A DNA stretch of 64,000 nucleotides from Gemmatimonas sp. GTDB taxonomy: Bacteria > Gemmatimonadota > Gemmatimonadetes > Gemmatimonadales > Gemmatimonadaceae. The notes under the pieces are model-generated. The model was not told the origin of the DNA, did not search any database, and was given only the letters and a program-made list of their open reading frames with translations. Numbering within the stretch: position 1 is the first letter of the stretch; every line of letters begins with the position of its first letter. The stretch spans positions 96,001 through 160,000 of the forward strand of contig JANNVQ010000049.1 in assembly GCA_031414535.1 (NCBI GenBank). Reading direction: 5' to 3'. Positions 11,986 to 21,638 of the stretch are shown here, one piece after another. The position numbers and the translations under genes were made by a program.

Positions 11986-12947
11986 GCTTGGCGCCCGAGG
12001 GAATCGGGCGCGCCAACCGCCAGGCGATGGCGCATTGGACGGCTGGTCTCCACAATGTGGTGACCGAGATGTTCGAGCGGCTCGACGGTAGTCGCTTGGT
12101 CGAGGCATCTTGGGAGCGCGAGGGCGGCGGCGGTGGACAGTCGCGCTTGCTCACTGAGGGAAAGGTTTTTGAGAAGGCCGGCGTAAATCGCGCCTTGGTT
12201 GAGGGTATCTTGCCTGCCGACGCCGCGGCGCGACTCGGTGGCAACATTCCCGCTGGCACGACGCCGCATTTCTTTGCAACCGGCGTAAGTGTCGTGGCAC
12301 ATCCTCGCTCACCGATGGTGCCCACCGTGCACCTGAACGTGCGCTACTTCGAATTGTGCGATGAAGACGGCAATCGTCACGACGCGTGGTTTGGCGGCGG
12401 GACCGATCTTACGCCTACGCATCCATTTCTGGATGACGCGCGGCATTTCCATAAAGTGCTGCACAGAACCTGTAATGTCTTTCATCCGGGCATCTATCCC
12501 GCCTACAAAGACTTGTGCGACCAGTATTTCCGAAATGCGCACCGCGATAACGAGGCGCGTGGGGTAGGCGGCGTGTTCTTCGATCACGTCCGACCAACAG
12601 ACGTGCCCTTTGGGATGAATGCTGAGCGCTTGCACAGCTTTGTGGATTCCATCGGTCGCGTCCTCACGGACGCGTATGGTCCCATTGTGGAGCGTCGGAA
12701 GGATCTTCCGTTTAACCAGCGCGACAAGGCATTACAGCTGCTAAGGCGTGCGCGCTATGTGGAGTTCAATCTCCTCCACGATCGTGGAACACTGTTTGGC
12801 CTGCAAACCGGCGCGCGCACCGAGAGCGTGCTCATGAGCATGCCACCGGTTGCGGCCTGGCCGGCTCCGAGTACACCGGAGGCCGGGAGCATCGAGGCGC
12901 AACTGGAGTCGATGTTGCTCCCTCAGGACTGGTCAGTCGGTAGCTAA
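11982..12947 (+). CDS. hemF: Oxygen-dependent coproporphyrinogen III oxidase
   Basis: FEKAGVN, WFGGGTDLTP, RGVGGVFFD, RYVEFNLLHDRGTLFGL. Confidence 0.96.
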   Translation: MSLAPEGIGRANRQAMAHWTAGLHNVVTEMFERLDGSRLVEASWEREGGGGGQSRLLTEGKVFEKAGVNRALVEGILPADAAARLGGNIPAGTTPHFFATGVSVVAHPRSPMVPTVHLNVRYFELCDEDGNRHDAWFGGGTDLTPTHPFLDDARHFHKVLHRTCNVFHPGIYPAYKDLCDQYFRNAHRDNEARGVGGVFFDHVRPTDVPFGMNAERLHSFVDSIGRVLTDAYGPIVERRKDLPFNQRDKALQLLRRARYVEFNLLHDRGTLFGLQTGARTESVLMSMPPVAAWPAPSTPEAGSIEAQLESMLLPQDWSVGS

Positions 12948-12948
12948 G

Positions 12949-14298
12949 ATGCATGTTGCAGTCATTGGCGCGGGCGTGACGGGTCTCTCCGCTGCCGTGG
13001 AGCTACGCGACCGCGGAGCGCAGGTGACGGTGATTGAAGCAGCTCCACGAGTGGGCGGCGTCATCACCACGGTGCACCGAGACGGCTTCCTCGTAGAGGC
13101 GGGCCCGACCTCGATGACCGCGACGGCTCCGCTTGAGCGACTCATTGACCGACTCGGCATCACGGCGTCGCGCATTGGCACGGAGGCCGCGGCCACGCGA
13201 CGATACATCGTGCGCGGGGGCCGCCTTGTAGCACTGCCCGATGGCCCTGGCTCGCTGGCGAGTACCGACGCGATCTCGGCGAGTGCGAAGTTCGCCTTGC
13301 TCCGGGAGCCTTTTGTGCGTGCGCGGCATGACGACGACGAAGAGTCACTAGCCGCGCTCGTGCGACGCCGCCTCGACTCCGAGATTCTCGATTACCTCGT
13401 GAATCCTCTCATCTCCGGTATTTACGCGGGTGACCCCGAACGCCTGTCCGTGAAGTACGCGATGCCGATGCTGCATTACGGCGAACGGAAGCACGGATCG
13501 TTGATTGTTGGCGCCATGAAGGAGATGAAGTCGAAGCGTGGCGGGGTGCGGCACAAGGGCATTACCTCGTTCACGACGGGCCTGCACATCCTGCCTGATG
13601 CCATGGCGTCGGTGCTCGGTGATGGCGTACGCACGGCAACACGGCTCACGGGTCTAGAGCGCCTAGGTACGCGGTGGCGTTTGCACCTCGAAGGAGCGCA
13701 GGGCGGAACTTTGGACGTTGATGCCGTGGTATCATCAGTCCCGTCGTACGCTCTCTCTAGCATCGCAATGCCAGCGGAGATTGGCGCAGCGCTGGGTCCT
13801 ATCGCTCGCTTGCATCATCCGCCCGTCGCCACGCTCGCGCTGGGATTCCGCCGCGAAGATGTCGAACATCCGCTCGATGGCTTTGGCGTGCTGATGCCAG
13901 CTGTGGAACGTCGCACGGTGCTCGGTGTAATTTTTTCGTCATCGGTGTTTGCCGCACGTGCGCCTACCGGGCATGTACTGCTTACGTGTTTCCTTGGTGG
14001 CATGCGCTCGCCAGCAGATGGCAACGCGAATCTCGAGGCCATCCTGCCTGCGGTCATGAAGGATTTACGGCCATTGTTTGGCCTTCGCGCTGACCCAGTG
14101 TTCACCCACCACCAGCGGTGGTCGCAAGCCATTCCACAGTACGAGCTCGGACACGGCGAAGTGCTAGACGCTGCCTCGCGTATAGAAGCCACTCTCCCAA
14201 GCTTCTATCTCTGTGGTCAGTGGCGCCACGGCGTGGCGCTCGGTGACTGCATCGCGCAGGGCCAAGAAACGGCCGGCCGGGTACTCACCAAACCATGA
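12949..14298 (+). CDS. hemY: FAD-dependent protoporphyrinogen oxidase (HemY type)
   Basis: MHVAVIGAGVTGL, SGIYAGDPERLS, GFGVL, AIPQY. Confidence 0.92.
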   Translation: MHVAVIGAGVTGLSAAVELRDRGAQVTVIEAAPRVGGVITTVHRDGFLVEAGPTSMTATAPLERLIDRLGITASRIGTEAAATRRYIVRGGRLVALPDGPGSLASTDAISASAKFALLREPFVRARHDDDEESLAALVRRRLDSEILDYLVNPLISGIYAGDPERLSVKYAMPMLHYGERKHGSLIVGAMKEMKSKRGGVRHKGITSFTTGLHILPDAMASVLGDGVRTATRLTGLERLGTRWRLHLEGAQGGTLDVDAVVSSVPSYALSSIAMPAEIGAALGPIARLHHPPVATLALGFRREDVEHPLDGFGVLMPAVERRTVLGVIFSSSVFAARAPTGHVLLTCFLGGMRSPADGNANLEAILPAVMKDLRPLFGLRADPVFTHHQRWSQAIPQYELGHGEVLDAASRIEATLPSFYLCGQWRHGVALGDCIAQGQETAGRVLTKP

Positions 14299-14960
14299 CC
14301 ATACCTCCCTCGCTCTGCGAAGCACTCCGCGCCGGCACCCGAAGCCTGCACACGGAAGCCGAGCGCACTGGCGTGATGGCAGCCCTGTTGCGCGGACAGC
14401 TCGACCTCACAGGCTACGCTCGGCTCTTGGCTGCCTTGCGGGTAATCTATGCGGCGCTCGAAGCGGAGCTCGAGGCCCACGCGGACGATGCCGTGCTCGC
14501 GCATGTGCGTCATTCCGGATTTGCGCGGCGTGCTGCTCTGGAGAGTGATCTCGGCGTGCTCGTGAGGCTCGGCGTTGCACCGGCAGAGGTGGCAACGGAA
14601 GCGTCTGACTATGCAGAGCACCTGCACCGCGTTGGCCGCGATCAGCCTTCGTTACTCGTCGCGCACGCGTGGCTCCGATACCTAGGCGATCTCAACGGCG
14701 GACGCGTACTCGAGCGCATCGTCCGCGAAAAAATTGGCGTGCCAACCGATGCGATGTCGTTCTATCGTTTCCCCGCGCTCGCCGACCCGATGGCTGCAGC
14801 GGTCTCTTGGAGACTCGCCCTCGATACCGCACCCGTCAGCGCAGAGCTACAGCTTGCCTTGGTCGCCGAAGCGAGTCGTGGATTCGAACGACACATCGCC
14901 CTCTTCCGCGCACTCGCGCCCGCGACTCAAGACGCCGCGGACGAATCTTCCGCGGCGTAA
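14295..14960 (+). CDS. bphO: Biliverdin-producing heme oxygenase
   Basis: LRAGTRSLHTEAE (proximal His) and AHAWLRYLGDLNGG; adjacent to the bacteriophytochrome. Confidence 0.88.
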   Translation: MTIPPSLCEALRAGTRSLHTEAERTGVMAALLRGQLDLTGYARLLAALRVIYAALEAELEAHADDAVLAHVRHSGFARRAALESDLGVLVRLGVAPAEVATEASDYAEHLHRVGRDQPSLLVAHAWLRYLGDLNGGRVLERIVREKIGVPTDAMSFYRFPALADPMAAAVSWRLALDTAPVSAELQLALVAEASRGFERHIALFRALAPATQDAADESSAA

Positions 14961-17134
14961 CGACCCAACAGCGCCGAGAGCCGCGCAGCGTGACGCGTGG
15001 CGGCCTCGACTTCCTGCAACAAGGGCGCAATCGTAACAGTGTCGGCTGAGTCGGCAATCTCGCTGACGGCTACGCCCGCATTTGCCCACACCGCTGCGAC
15101 GAGTGCCTGGACTTCCGGCGAGAGCGGGCCGAGAGCACCGAGTTCCTCTAGATTGGTCGGGCGCTGCGCTGCGTAAGCGGCGCGCTGCAGCCGTTCGCGC
15201 GCGAAATCCGCAGCGTGGCGTGCCGTGAGGTCCGTGAAGACCAAGATGCAGCCAAACAGGCCCCCGCGTGAATCGGGAATCGCATCGGCGCGAACGGCCA
15301 ATGGCGTTGGTGATCCACCAGAGCCGCGGGCAAGTCGGAGTTCGCCGCGCCAAGGGACGCGCTCGGAACGCAGCTTGCCAAACAACTCCAAAATGCGGCT
15401 CGGCTGCTCGAAGTGCGAAGAGAGATCGTTCAGTGTTTCGATGGCGCGGAAGGGACCGCCCAACAGACGTGCCAGCGCATCGTTTGCCAACAACACGCGC
15501 CCGCTTTCATCGGCGATGACAATTGGCTCGGCGGCCCCAACCACGGAGGCCCTCATCCGATTCAACTGCGCTTCCGCGAGCAACACGCGCACCGCGCGAA
15601 TCTGCAAGATGATGTCACCGAGCGACTGCCCGATGGCTTTTGCGATAGAGCTATCGCGAGGTGTCCACGGATTGGATGTATCGCGCACTTGTTCGTGCCA
15701 AGCTGCAAACGACGCACGGGGCGTGAGTTGCGTCGCGCCATCAAGCGAGAACGCCTTGCGCGGATCCCCGCCCCAGGTGATGTCCTGCAACTGCTCCTTC
15801 CGGAACCAGACGAGGTACTCGCCACTCGCCGTGCCGAAGCGTACCGCAAGCACACCCGCTGCGACCGGAGTGAGTGCAGCAAGTTTTGGTTCGAGCTTCG
15901 CCATGGACGAGCACGCGAAAATCGGATTGCTGCCTTGCGAATCGAGAAAGGCAAACAGCGCGCGGAGGTCAGGCGTGGACGGCACATCCCCTGTGGTCTG
16001 CACCTCGCCATCGAACAGTAGTGCCGCACCCGTCGCGCCCACCGGCTGTAACAGTTGCCGCGGCGTGTCAAAGAGTGCGTGTCGCCAATCGCCGTCGGTG
16101 GCCGTGGCCTCAATGAGGCGCTGTTCTAACCGACGCACCAACACCTCGGCCTGTGCCTCGGCGAAGTGCTCAAGCGCTGAGATACGGGTAGACACAACCT
16201 CGGCGATCAGCTCAACCGCAGCGCGGAGGTCGTAGGGCACGACCTTCGTGGAGAGGTGGTGACAGGAAATCAGTCCCCAGAGCCGGCCTTCGTGAATCAG
16301 CGACGCCACCAAGGTGCCCTTCACGCCCATGTTCGTGAGGTACTGCACATGCATCGGCGAGACGCTGCGCAGCGTGGACATCGAGAGATCGAGGTCGTCG
16401 CCCGTGATGGGGTTCAGACGAGGGACTAAGGGGACCGGCGTATAGGCCAGATCCACCAGCACGCGAACCTTGTTGCGCAGGTAGAGTTCGCGTGCGCGCT
16501 GCGGAATGTCCGTCGAGGGATAGTGTCGGTTGAGATACGACTCCAGCGACTTCTGCTTGTCCTCGGCGATGATGGCGCCGTGCCCATCGGCGTCAAACCG
16601 GTAGAACATCACGCGATCGTAGCCGAGCAGCTCACGCATCTCGCGCACCACCAGATCTGCAAGCGCCGGAATGGAGTGCGCCGTGGACAGCTGCGTGACC
16701 ATCTTCGTGAGCCGGTCCGCCATGTGCGGCGTGGGCCGCCGGTGGGGCGCCTCACTGACTTCTTCCATTTCGACAACGATTCCGCCCGCTGGAGGACGGT
16801 GCAGCAGCGCGGTGGCGGTGAACTGACGGCCGTCCACGGCAAGTCGCGTACGTAACGGGAGGAGGTTCGCGAGATGCTGACCTTCTGCAGCGCCTCGGAG
16901 CGCGTCCGCAAAGTCGGCGCCCAAGATTTCGATTGATTGTCCGAGCAATGCCTCTGGCGGACACCCCAACAGCGTCGAGACGTTCGCGCTGACTTGGGCA
17001 ATCACCATGCGAGGCTCGGCCAGCACCATCAACAACCCGTGCGGCTGAATGCTGCCGCTCAGGTGGATGAGCTCGCGCTCGCAGTTCGAAAGATCGGCTT
17101 CTCCGAAGCGGGGGGATTCGGAAGACACAGCCAT
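14927..17134 (-). CDS. bphP: Bacteriophytochrome, PAS-GAF-PHY-PAS plus short helical output, no histidine kinase (BphP1-like)
   Basis: N-terminal biliverdin Cys (DLSNCERELIHLSGSIQPHG), YDRVMFYRF, TDIP, SPMHVQYL and PRASF tongue; C-terminal PAS domain; no H-box or HATPase motifs. Confidence 0.93.
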   Translation of the reverse strand: MAVSSESPRFGEADLSNCERELIHLSGSIQPHGLLMVLAEPRMVIAQVSANVSTLLGCPPEALLGQSIEILGADFADALRGAAEGQHLANLLPLRTRLAVDGRQFTATALLHRPPAGGIVVEMEEVSEAPHRRPTPHMADRLTKMVTQLSTAHSIPALADLVVREMRELLGYDRVMFYRFDADGHGAIIAEDKQKSLESYLNRHYPSTDIPQRARELYLRNKVRVLVDLAYTPVPLVPRLNPITGDDLDLSMSTLRSVSPMHVQYLTNMGVKGTLVASLIHEGRLWGLISCHHLSTKVVPYDLRAAVELIAEVVSTRISALEHFAEAQAEVLVRRLEQRLIEATATDGDWRHALFDTPRQLLQPVGATGAALLFDGEVQTTGDVPSTPDLRALFAFLDSQGSNPIFACSSMAKLEPKLAALTPVAAGVLAVRFGTASGEYLVWFRKEQLQDITWGGDPRKAFSLDGATQLTPRASFAAWHEQVRDTSNPWTPRDSSIAKAIGQSLGDIILQIRAVRVLLAEAQLNRMRASVVGAAEPIVIADESGRVLLANDALARLLGGPFRAIETLNDLSSHFEQPSRILELFGKLRSERVPWRGELRLARGSGGSPTPLAVRADAIPDSRGGLFGCILVFTDLTARHAADFARERLQRAAYAAQRPTNLEELGALGPLSPEVQALVAAVWANAGVAVSEIADSADTVTIAPLLQEVEAATRHAARLSALLGRYAAEDSSAAS
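14932..14958. terminator. GC-rich hairpin inside the convergent bphO/bphP overlap
   Basis: ACGCCGCGGA-cgaatct-TCCGCGGCGT, perfect 10-bp stem; no U-tract. Confidence 0.45.
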
Positions 17135-17240
17135 TGGCTCGTGATATCGGGCCGCGGGACCGACGGCCCTAGGGGTTGAGTGACCCTTATGTTACAACTA
17201 CTCTCGCCGCGGCGCACTAGGGGGCAACCCTGATATTGAG

Positions 17241-17258
17241 TGTCAGGATTGCTTGACA
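17241..17258. promoter_or_regulatory. PpsR box between divergent bphP and hemC
   Basis: Perfect TGTCAGGATTGCTTGACA. A candidate hemC promoter follows: CTGACA(17266)-N17-TAGATT(17289). Confidence 0.8.
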
Positions 17259-17336
17259 AGATGGCCTGACAGCGGCGGATGCGCTCTATAGATTGTCCCC
17301 TCAGCTACCCCCTTTCAATATCTAGGAGGCGCGCTG

Positions 17337-18284
17337 GTGCAGTCCAAGCAGGTCGTTATCGGTACGCGGGCCAGCAAGCTCGCGCTTTGGCAGTCCAATC
17401 ACGTGCGGGACCGGCTCTTAGCGCTCCACCCGGACCTTGAGATCTCGCTGGAGCGGATTTCCACCCGCGGCGACGAGATTCAGGACCGACCGCTCGCTGC
17501 CATCGGTCGCAACTCGCTTTTTGTAGCCGAGATCGAAGATGCACTGCGTTCGGGGCGCATTCGGCTCGCGGTGCACAGCGCCAAGGACCTGCCCTCCACA
17601 CTCCCTCCGGAGTTTGCGATTGTGGCGTTCACCACTCGCGCTGACCCGCGGGACGTGCTGGTGTCCAAGCACGGCACCCTGATGCAGCTGCCCCAGGGTG
17701 CGCGCATCGGCACCAGCTCGCCACGGCGCACTTGCCAACTCAAGGCCGCCCGTCCCGATGTGGTCTGTCTCGATATCCGTGGCAATGTGGACACGCGCTT
17801 GGCCAAGCTTGAGCGCGGCGACTACGATGCGATTGTGCTCGCCGCAGCTGGGCTCGATCGCCTCGAGTGGGGTCACGTGGTGACCGAGCGCCTCGAACCA
17901 TCCGTGATGTTGCCAGCCGTTGCGCAGGGAATTCTCGCCATCGAAGCGCGGGCCGAAGACGAACAAATGGCGAAGCTCTGCGCTTCGCTTGACGATGCGA
18001 CGGCCCGCGCCTGTGCTGTGGCTGAGCGCTCATTTCTCGCGGCGATGGGTGCCGGCTGCAACGCGCCGCTTGCCGGCTTTGCCACACTCGAGCGCGAGAC
18101 GCTCACGCTGTCCGCACTTCTCGGCTCGCCCGATGGCCGCCACGTGAAGGTCACGCGCTCAGCGCCGCGGGCCCAAGCCGCTACACTCGGCCAAGAGGTG
18201 GCGACCGCGCTTGTGGCCGACGGTGGCGCAGAGTTGCTCGCTGCCGCGATTGCTGCTACGAGTGCCGCCCACGCGAATGGCTGA
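17337..18284 (+). CDS. hemC: Hydroxymethylbilane synthase
   Basis: IGTRASKLALWQ, AVHSAKDLP, GTSSPRR, IRGNVDTR; AGGAGG RBS. Confidence 0.96.
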   Translation: MQSKQVVIGTRASKLALWQSNHVRDRLLALHPDLEISLERISTRGDEIQDRPLAAIGRNSLFVAEIEDALRSGRIRLAVHSAKDLPSTLPPEFAIVAFTTRADPRDVLVSKHGTLMQLPQGARIGTSSPRRTCQLKAARPDVVCLDIRGNVDTRLAKLERGDYDAIVLAAAGLDRLEWGHVVTERLEPSVMLPAVAQGILAIEARAEDEQMAKLCASLDDATARACAVAERSFLAAMGAGCNAPLAGFATLERETLTLSALLGSPDGRHVKVTRSAPRAQAATLGQEVATALVADGGAELLAAAIAATSAAHANG

Positions 18285-19071
18285 CGCACGTCCCCTCCTC
18301 GCCAAGCGAATTGTCGTTACGCGGGCCGCTGCACAGGCGGCTCCGTTGCTCGAGAAGCTGCGCGCGGAGGGGGCCATTCCTGTTGCGACACCGGCCATCC
18401 GTATACTCCCGCCGGATGATCCGACCACGCTACGCGATGCTGCCAACGCAATTGAGAAGTTTGACTGGGCCGTTTTCACGAGCGCGAACGGCGTGCGCGC
18501 GCTGCTCTCGGCGCGAGACGAAGCCGGAGACTGGCCGAGCAAGGTTCGCGTGGCCGCCGTGGGCAATGCCACCGCGCGTGCGCTTACCGAGGCGGGCATT
18601 CATGTGCACTTCCAACCCTCTGCAGCGGTAGCCGAAGCGCTGGGCCGTGAACTTCCCGTAGCAGAGGGCAATGCCCTGCTCTGGCCACGCGGTGATTTGG
18701 CTGGTGTGGAGCTGGCCGCGGCGCTCAGCGCGCGCGGCGTGCGCGTCACAGACATCGTGGCCTACCGCACGGTGGCCGACGTGGAGTTGTTAGGGATTGT
18801 GGATGCGCTTCGAGACCGACGCGTGGACGCCATCACTTTCTCGTCCGCCTCAACGGTGCGCCACGTTGTTGAAGGTCTCGCTGCCGCCGGTGTGCGCATT
18901 GAGCGCCTGCCCGCCGAGTCGCGGCCCCTCATCGTGTGCATTGGTCCTGTAAGCGCCGCCGCCGCCCGCGAGTGCGGCTTGTCCGTAGATGGTATTGCCG
19001 ACCCCAGCGACGACGACGGACTGCTCGCCGCACTGATTCGCAGCTTCGTTAACCGCACGGCCCCCGCCTAA
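18277..19071 (+). CDS. hemD: Uroporphyrinogen-III synthase
   Basis: IVVTRA, VFTSANGV, AVGNATA, AYRT, FSSASTV, CIGPVSA. Confidence 0.92.
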   Translation: MADARPLLAKRIVVTRAAAQAAPLLEKLRAEGAIPVATPAIRILPPDDPTTLRDAANAIEKFDWAVFTSANGVRALLSARDEAGDWPSKVRVAAVGNATARALTEAGIHVHFQPSAAVAEALGRELPVAEGNALLWPRGDLAGVELAAALSARGVRVTDIVAYRTVADVELLGIVDALRDRRVDAITFSSASTVRHVVEGLAAAGVRIERLPAESRPLIVCIGPVSAAAARECGLSVDGIADPSDDDGLLAALIRSFVNRTAPA

Positions 19072-19084
19072 GAGGTTCTGCACT

Positions 19085-20101
19085 ATGTACGAGGACGCCA
19101 TCGAAGCATCTACGTCCGTTACTCCTCCCGAGCGGCCGCGGCGTACGCGCCGTACGGCGGCGCTACGTAGCTTTGTGCGCGAGACGCAACTGCACGTGCG
19201 CGATTTTATCCATCCGCTGTTTATCGTCGAAGGGAGCAACATCTCTAAGGCGATTGAGACCATGCCTGGCCACTCGCAGCTGAGCGTGGACAAGCTGGCC
19301 GACGAAATCGCAGAAATTCAGAAGCTCGGCATCACGTCGGTACTGCTGTTCGGCATTCCCAAGCACAAGGACGCCACGGGCACCGGTGCGTGGAATAAGG
19401 ATGGCCCCGTGCCACGCGCCATTCGCGAGATCAAGCGACTCGCACCCAACATGTTGATTATCGCCGACGTGTGCTTGTGCGAATACACCTCGCATGGACA
19501 CTGCGGCGTGGTGCGCGACGAATCTGGCATCGTCATCAACGACGAGACCATTCCCCTGCTCGGCAAGGCCGCTGTGTGCTACGCAGAGGCTGGCGTGGAC
19601 ATCGTGGCCCCCAGCGCGATGATGGACGGGCAGGTGGCGGCCATCAGGCATGCGCTCGACGAAGCTGGCCAAATTGATATGCCCATCCTGAGCTACGCGG
19701 CCAAGCATGCGTCGGCGTTCTATGGCCCGTTTCGCGATGCGGCCGAAAGCCCGCCCAGCTTTGGGGATCGCCGTGCGTACCAGATGGATCCCGCCAACTC
19801 GCGCGAGGCGCTTCGCGAAGTGCAGCTCGATGTAGACGAAGGCGCCGATCTCCTGATGGTCAAGCCCGCCGGTTCAGCGCTCGATATCATCTTTCAGGTG
19901 CGCGCGCACTTTCCGCATCCGCTCGTGGCGTATCAAGTGAGCGGCGAGTACGCGATGTTGAAGGCCGCCGCGCAGCGCGGTTGGCTCGAAGAGCCGCGCG
20001 CCGCTCTTGAGTCCCTCCTCGCCATTAAGCGCGCGGGAGCAGAACGCATCATTACCTACTACGCCAAAGAGGCTGCACGATGGCTGTCCACGGCGGGTTG
20101 A
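19085..20101 (+). CDS. hemB: Porphobilinogen synthase (Zn-binding type)
   Basis: [37 protein letters not shown]. Confidence 0.97.
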   Translation: MYEDAIEASTSVTPPERPRRTRRTAALRSFVRETQLHVRDFIHPLFIVEGSNISKAIETMPGHSQLSVDKLADEIAEIQKLGITSVLLFGIPKHKDATGTGAWNKDGPVPRAIREIKRLAPNMLIIADVCLCEYTSHGHCGVVRDESGIVINDETIPLLGKAAVCYAEAGVDIVAPSAMMDGQVAAIRHALDEAGQIDMPILSYAAKHASAFYGPFRDAAESPPSFGDRRAYQMDPANSREALREVQLDVDEGADLLMVKPAGSALDIIFQVRAHFPHPLVAYQVSGEYAMLKAAAQRGWLEEPRAALESLLAIKRAGAERIITYYAKEAARWLSTAG

Positions 20102-20112
20102 CCCCCGCTCCC

Positions 20113-21399
20113 ATGAAGACCTCCCCGAGCGCTGAGTCTGAAGCGCTGTTCGCCCGCGCACGTGATGTGATGCCTGGTGGCGTGAGCTCGCCGGTACGTG
20201 CCTTTCGTTCTGTGGGCGGTACGCCGCGCTTCATGACCAAGGCCAAGGGCCCGTACATGTGGGACGCCGACGGCACCCGCTACGTGGACTACGTGCTGTC
20301 CTGGGGCCCAATGATTTTGGGCCACTGCCATCCAGAAGTTGTGGAAGCGGTGCGCGAGCAGGTTGGCGTTGCCATGAGTTTCGGCGCGCCATCTCCGTTG
20401 GAGGCCCAGCTCGCGGAGAAGGTGATTTCCATGGTCCCAAGCGTGGAGATGGTGCGCTTTGTCTCCAGTGGTACCGAAGCCACGATGAGCGCCATCCGTT
20501 TGGCGCGCGCCGTCACCGGGCGCAACAAGATCATCAAGTTCGCCGGCTGCTATCACGGCCACGGGGATTCTTTCCTCGTGCAAGCGGGTTCAGGCGTTGC
20601 GACGCTCGGCCTTCCCGATTCACCAGGCGTCACGCCCGCGACCGTGGCGGATACCTTAACCGCGCCCTACAACAGTGTGGCCGCCGTTGAGCAGTTGATT
20701 GACGCGCACCGCGATCAGGTTGCGGCCGTGATTGTGGAACCCGTGGTCGGCAACGCGGGATTCATCTTGCCGCAACCTGGCTTCCTCGAGGGACTGCGTG
20801 CGCTCTGCACCAAGACCGGCGCTCTGCTCATCTTTGACGAGGTGATGACGGGGTTCCGCGTTTCACTCGGCGGCGCACAGCACAAGTTCAATGTCATGCC
20901 AGACATCACCACGCTCGGCAAGGTGATTGGCGGCGGTATGCCCTGCGGCGCCTACGCGGGTCGCAAAGACATCATGGAGCACGTGGCGCCTGCGGGCAGC
21001 ATGTATCAGGCGGGCACGCTGAGCGGCAATCCCGTTGCGATGGTGAGCGGGCTCAAGACGTTGGAGATTCTTTCGCGCCCAGGCGTGTTTGAAAAGGCCG
21101 AGCGCGCAGCCTCGCAGACCGTGAAGATGTTGACCGCGTGGGCTCGAGGGCACGGCATTCCCTTCCAAGCCGCGCACGCCGGCACGATGTGGGGCAGCTT
21201 CTTCACCAACACACCGGTGGTGGACTACGAAACCGCCAAGACCGCGGACACCGCACGCTACGGCCGCTTCTTTCACGCGATGCTCGCGGAAGGTGTGTAT
21301 TTGGCGCCGAGCCAGTTTGAGGCGGCGTTCACTTCGGCTGAGCACGATGATTTGGTGCTTGGGCAGGTCACCGCGGCGCTCTCGCGAATCAGCGTGTGA
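20113..21399 (+). CDS. hemL: Glutamate-1-semialdehyde 2,1-aminomutase
   Basis: [45 protein letters not shown]. Alternative start at 20080. Confidence 0.97.
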   Translation: MKTSPSAESEALFARARDVMPGGVSSPVRAFRSVGGTPRFMTKAKGPYMWDADGTRYVDYVLSWGPMILGHCHPEVVEAVREQVGVAMSFGAPSPLEAQLAEKVISMVPSVEMVRFVSSGTEATMSAIRLARAVTGRNKIIKFAGCYHGHGDSFLVQAGSGVATLGLPDSPGVTPATVADTLTAPYNSVAAVEQLIDAHRDQVAAVIVEPVVGNAGFILPQPGFLEGLRALCTKTGALLIFDEVMTGFRVSLGGAQHKFNVMPDITTLGKVIGGGMPCGAYAGRKDIMEHVAPAGSMYQAGTLSGNPVAMVSGLKTLEILSRPGVFEKAERAASQTVKMLTAWARGHGIPFQAAHAGTMWGSFFTNTPVVDYETAKTADTARYGRFFHAMLAEGVYLAPSQFEAAFTSAEHDDLVLGQVTAALSRISV

Positions 21400-21405
21400 G
21401 CTGCG

Positions 21406-21427
21406 CATCCGTCATCCGTCATCCGTC
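21406..21427 (+). repeat. Heptamer tandem repeat CATCCGT x3
   Basis: CATCCGT CATCCGT CATCCGT C between the hemL stop and the tRNA 3' end. Confidence 0.75.
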
Positions 21428-21435
21428 GAGTTCAG

Positions 21436-21507
21436 AGGCGCCGGTCGGAATCGAACCGACGAATAGGAGATTTGCAGTCTCCCGCCTTACCACTTGGCCA
21501 CGGCGCC
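21436..21507 (-). tRNA. tRNA-Cys(GCA)
   Basis: Reverse complement GGCGCCGTGGCCAAGTGGTAAGGCGGGAGACTGCAAATCTCCTATTCGTCGGTTCGATTCCGACCGGCGCCT folds as a cloverleaf with GCA anticodon and TTCGA T-loop; CCA not encoded. Confidence 0.96.
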
Positions 21508-21638
21508 GTGAGGGAGAAAGCTAGCCGGGGGCAGGCTCTATCTCAACCGAAAAGCGCCTGCGGATGGCAAAATCGGCCCGCCGCCCAAACGTTCGGCAGG
21601 GGGCTGGCGTCCTATTGGATGTCCTCGATCCCACCCCT

